Sequence record: SRR22947727_1835
Reading direction: 5' to 3' (one strand)
DNA length: 33,810 nt
Below are positions 32,934-33,810 of the stretch, piece after piece. Made by a program: the position numbers and the translations under genes. The notes beneath the pieces are model-generated. The model was not told the DNA's origin, did no database searches, and saw only the letters and a program-made list of their open reading frames with translations. How positions within the stretch are numbered: position 1 is the stretch's first letter; each line of letters starts with the position of its first letter.

Positions 32934-33809
32934 TTAGAATTGTTTAAGTATTAAGCATGTCGAGACATTAGTTTTATTGAATGCGTTTGCAAAGCTTCCA
33001 TCTGGTAAAGGCTCAACACTTGCACCTATGTTTGATAGATAACTTAAAAACGAATCACTTAGATTTTTAGGTGCAATACATGCTATGCCGTGCGATTTCT
33101 CCGATAACTCAAGCAAATTATGTGCGTGTTTAAAATGAATTTCAGCCTGTTTCTTTTCAAAGGGTGGATTCATTAATATTGTGTCGATGTTTTCCAAGCA
33201 AGAAATATTTAAAAAGTCCCCATGTGAGACGTTTAATTTTTTAGCTCGGCAAAGCTTAGAAAGACCATGATCTATTTCAATTCCTGAGACCTCTTTTGCG
33301 ACTTTTTGAGCTTCTGTTAAAATATCACCTTTACCGCTTGAAGGGTCATAAATTTTATTTTCTTCATCTACACCGATTGAATCCATCATATAATTAATTA
33401 ATGATTTAGGTGTTGGGAAAAATCCCTCTATTTTTCTGCTTCTTAGTTCTCTTTCAAGTTTTACAACTTGATTTTCTTGTCCTGGTTGCGCGATAAGCTT
33501 TTCAAGTTCGTAAAGAACCGTTCTAAGCTCGTAGCTTTTTGTGAGTCCCATCCTATTAAGCCTTGAAAGCGTGGTGTATTTATCGGCTATATACCACATT
33601 CCGCAGCCTTCGACACCTTTATTTGCTAATAGCTCGCTAATCCTTGAACTTATAGAGATTTTGAGGCTTTTGTATATTTCGAGTTGACTTCTTTTTTCTT
33701 CTTTCTTTCTTGCCATTTTACCCGCTTCTTTGAATGCATCTTTAAGCCTTTTATTAATCATTGTTGAGGCCATTTTTGCATCGTAATCTAAAGCATTGTT
33801 GCAAAGTCT
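32934..33809 (-). CDS. N6-adenine DNA methyltransferase domain protein, 5'-truncated by the window
   Basis: FFPTP, motif I YDPSSGKG, GIEI, GDFL, motif IV MNPPF and LPDGSF. Frame stays open to the window edge (RLCNNALDYDAKM...). Confidence 0.88.
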   Translation of the reverse strand, partial: RLCNNALDYDAKMASTMINKRLKDAFKEAGKMARKKEEKRSQLEIYKSLKISISSRISELLANKGVEGCGMWYIADKYTTLSRLNRMGLTKSYELRTVLYELEKLIAQPGQENQVVKLERELRSRKIEGFFPTPKSLINYMMDSIGVDEENKIYDPSSGKGDILTEAQKVAKEVSGIEIDHGLSKLCRAKKLNVSHGDFLNISCLENIDTILMNPPFEKKQAEIHFKHAHNLLELSEKSHGIACIAPKNLSDSFLSYLSNIGASVEPLPDGSFANAFNKTNVSTCLILKQF

Positions 33810-33810
33810 T

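Larger units (their letters stand above)
1..33810. mobile_element. Tailed bacteriophage or prophage segment with podovirus-like morphogenesis genes and lambdoid-type recombination/replication genes
   Basis: Contiguous portal-scaffold-capsid-adaptor-fibre-nozzle-ejection gene order with no tape measure, tube or sheath gene, followed by antirepressor, RecT, exonuclease, initiator and loader genes. No host housekeeping gene seen. Confidence 0.96.

Noticed and set aside
1..33810. Alternative genetic code (stop-codon reassignment)
   Set aside because: Standard code 11 gives dense, full-length, abutting genes ending in TAA, TGA and TAG.

Overview
The whole window is an AT-rich tailed-phage (or prophage) genome segment with a podovirus-like layout. 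No host genes, att site, integrase, terminase, endolysin, RNA gene or CRISPR array were recognised. On the + strand the order is: 5'-truncated portal, scaffold, N4-gp56/DUF4043-type major capsid, decoration protein, head-tail adaptor, a fibre/LamG/tail-collar cassette with two DUF4376-like chaperones, nozzle, holin-like gene, three ejection-type proteins (the last 1852 aa with HExxH and LPD38-like regions) and a 1288-aa beta-rich protein. The same strand continues into an early region: an unannotated Arc-like ribbon-helix-helix gene, Rha/ANT antirepressor, RecT, YqaJ exonuclease, DUF3127 SSB-like protein, BRO-N, a replication initiator with internal iterons, a DnaC-like loader, a RuvC-like resolvase and small nin-like ORFs. 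A convergent minus-strand XRE-HTH gene and a truncated adenine methyltransferase end the window. The most interesting unexplained signals are: a triplicated 17-nt hairpin motif plus a coupled uORF at the portal-scaffold junction; a P22 immI-like RHH/antirepressor module with a near-consensus antisense promoter; a 21-bp motif shared by two early intergenic regions; related CCC(C)-AT6-(G)GGG palindromes; a shared N-terminal anchor on two fibres; and a signal-peptide-bearing PD-(D/E)xK-like protein. All family calls come from motif recognition by eye, not database searches.
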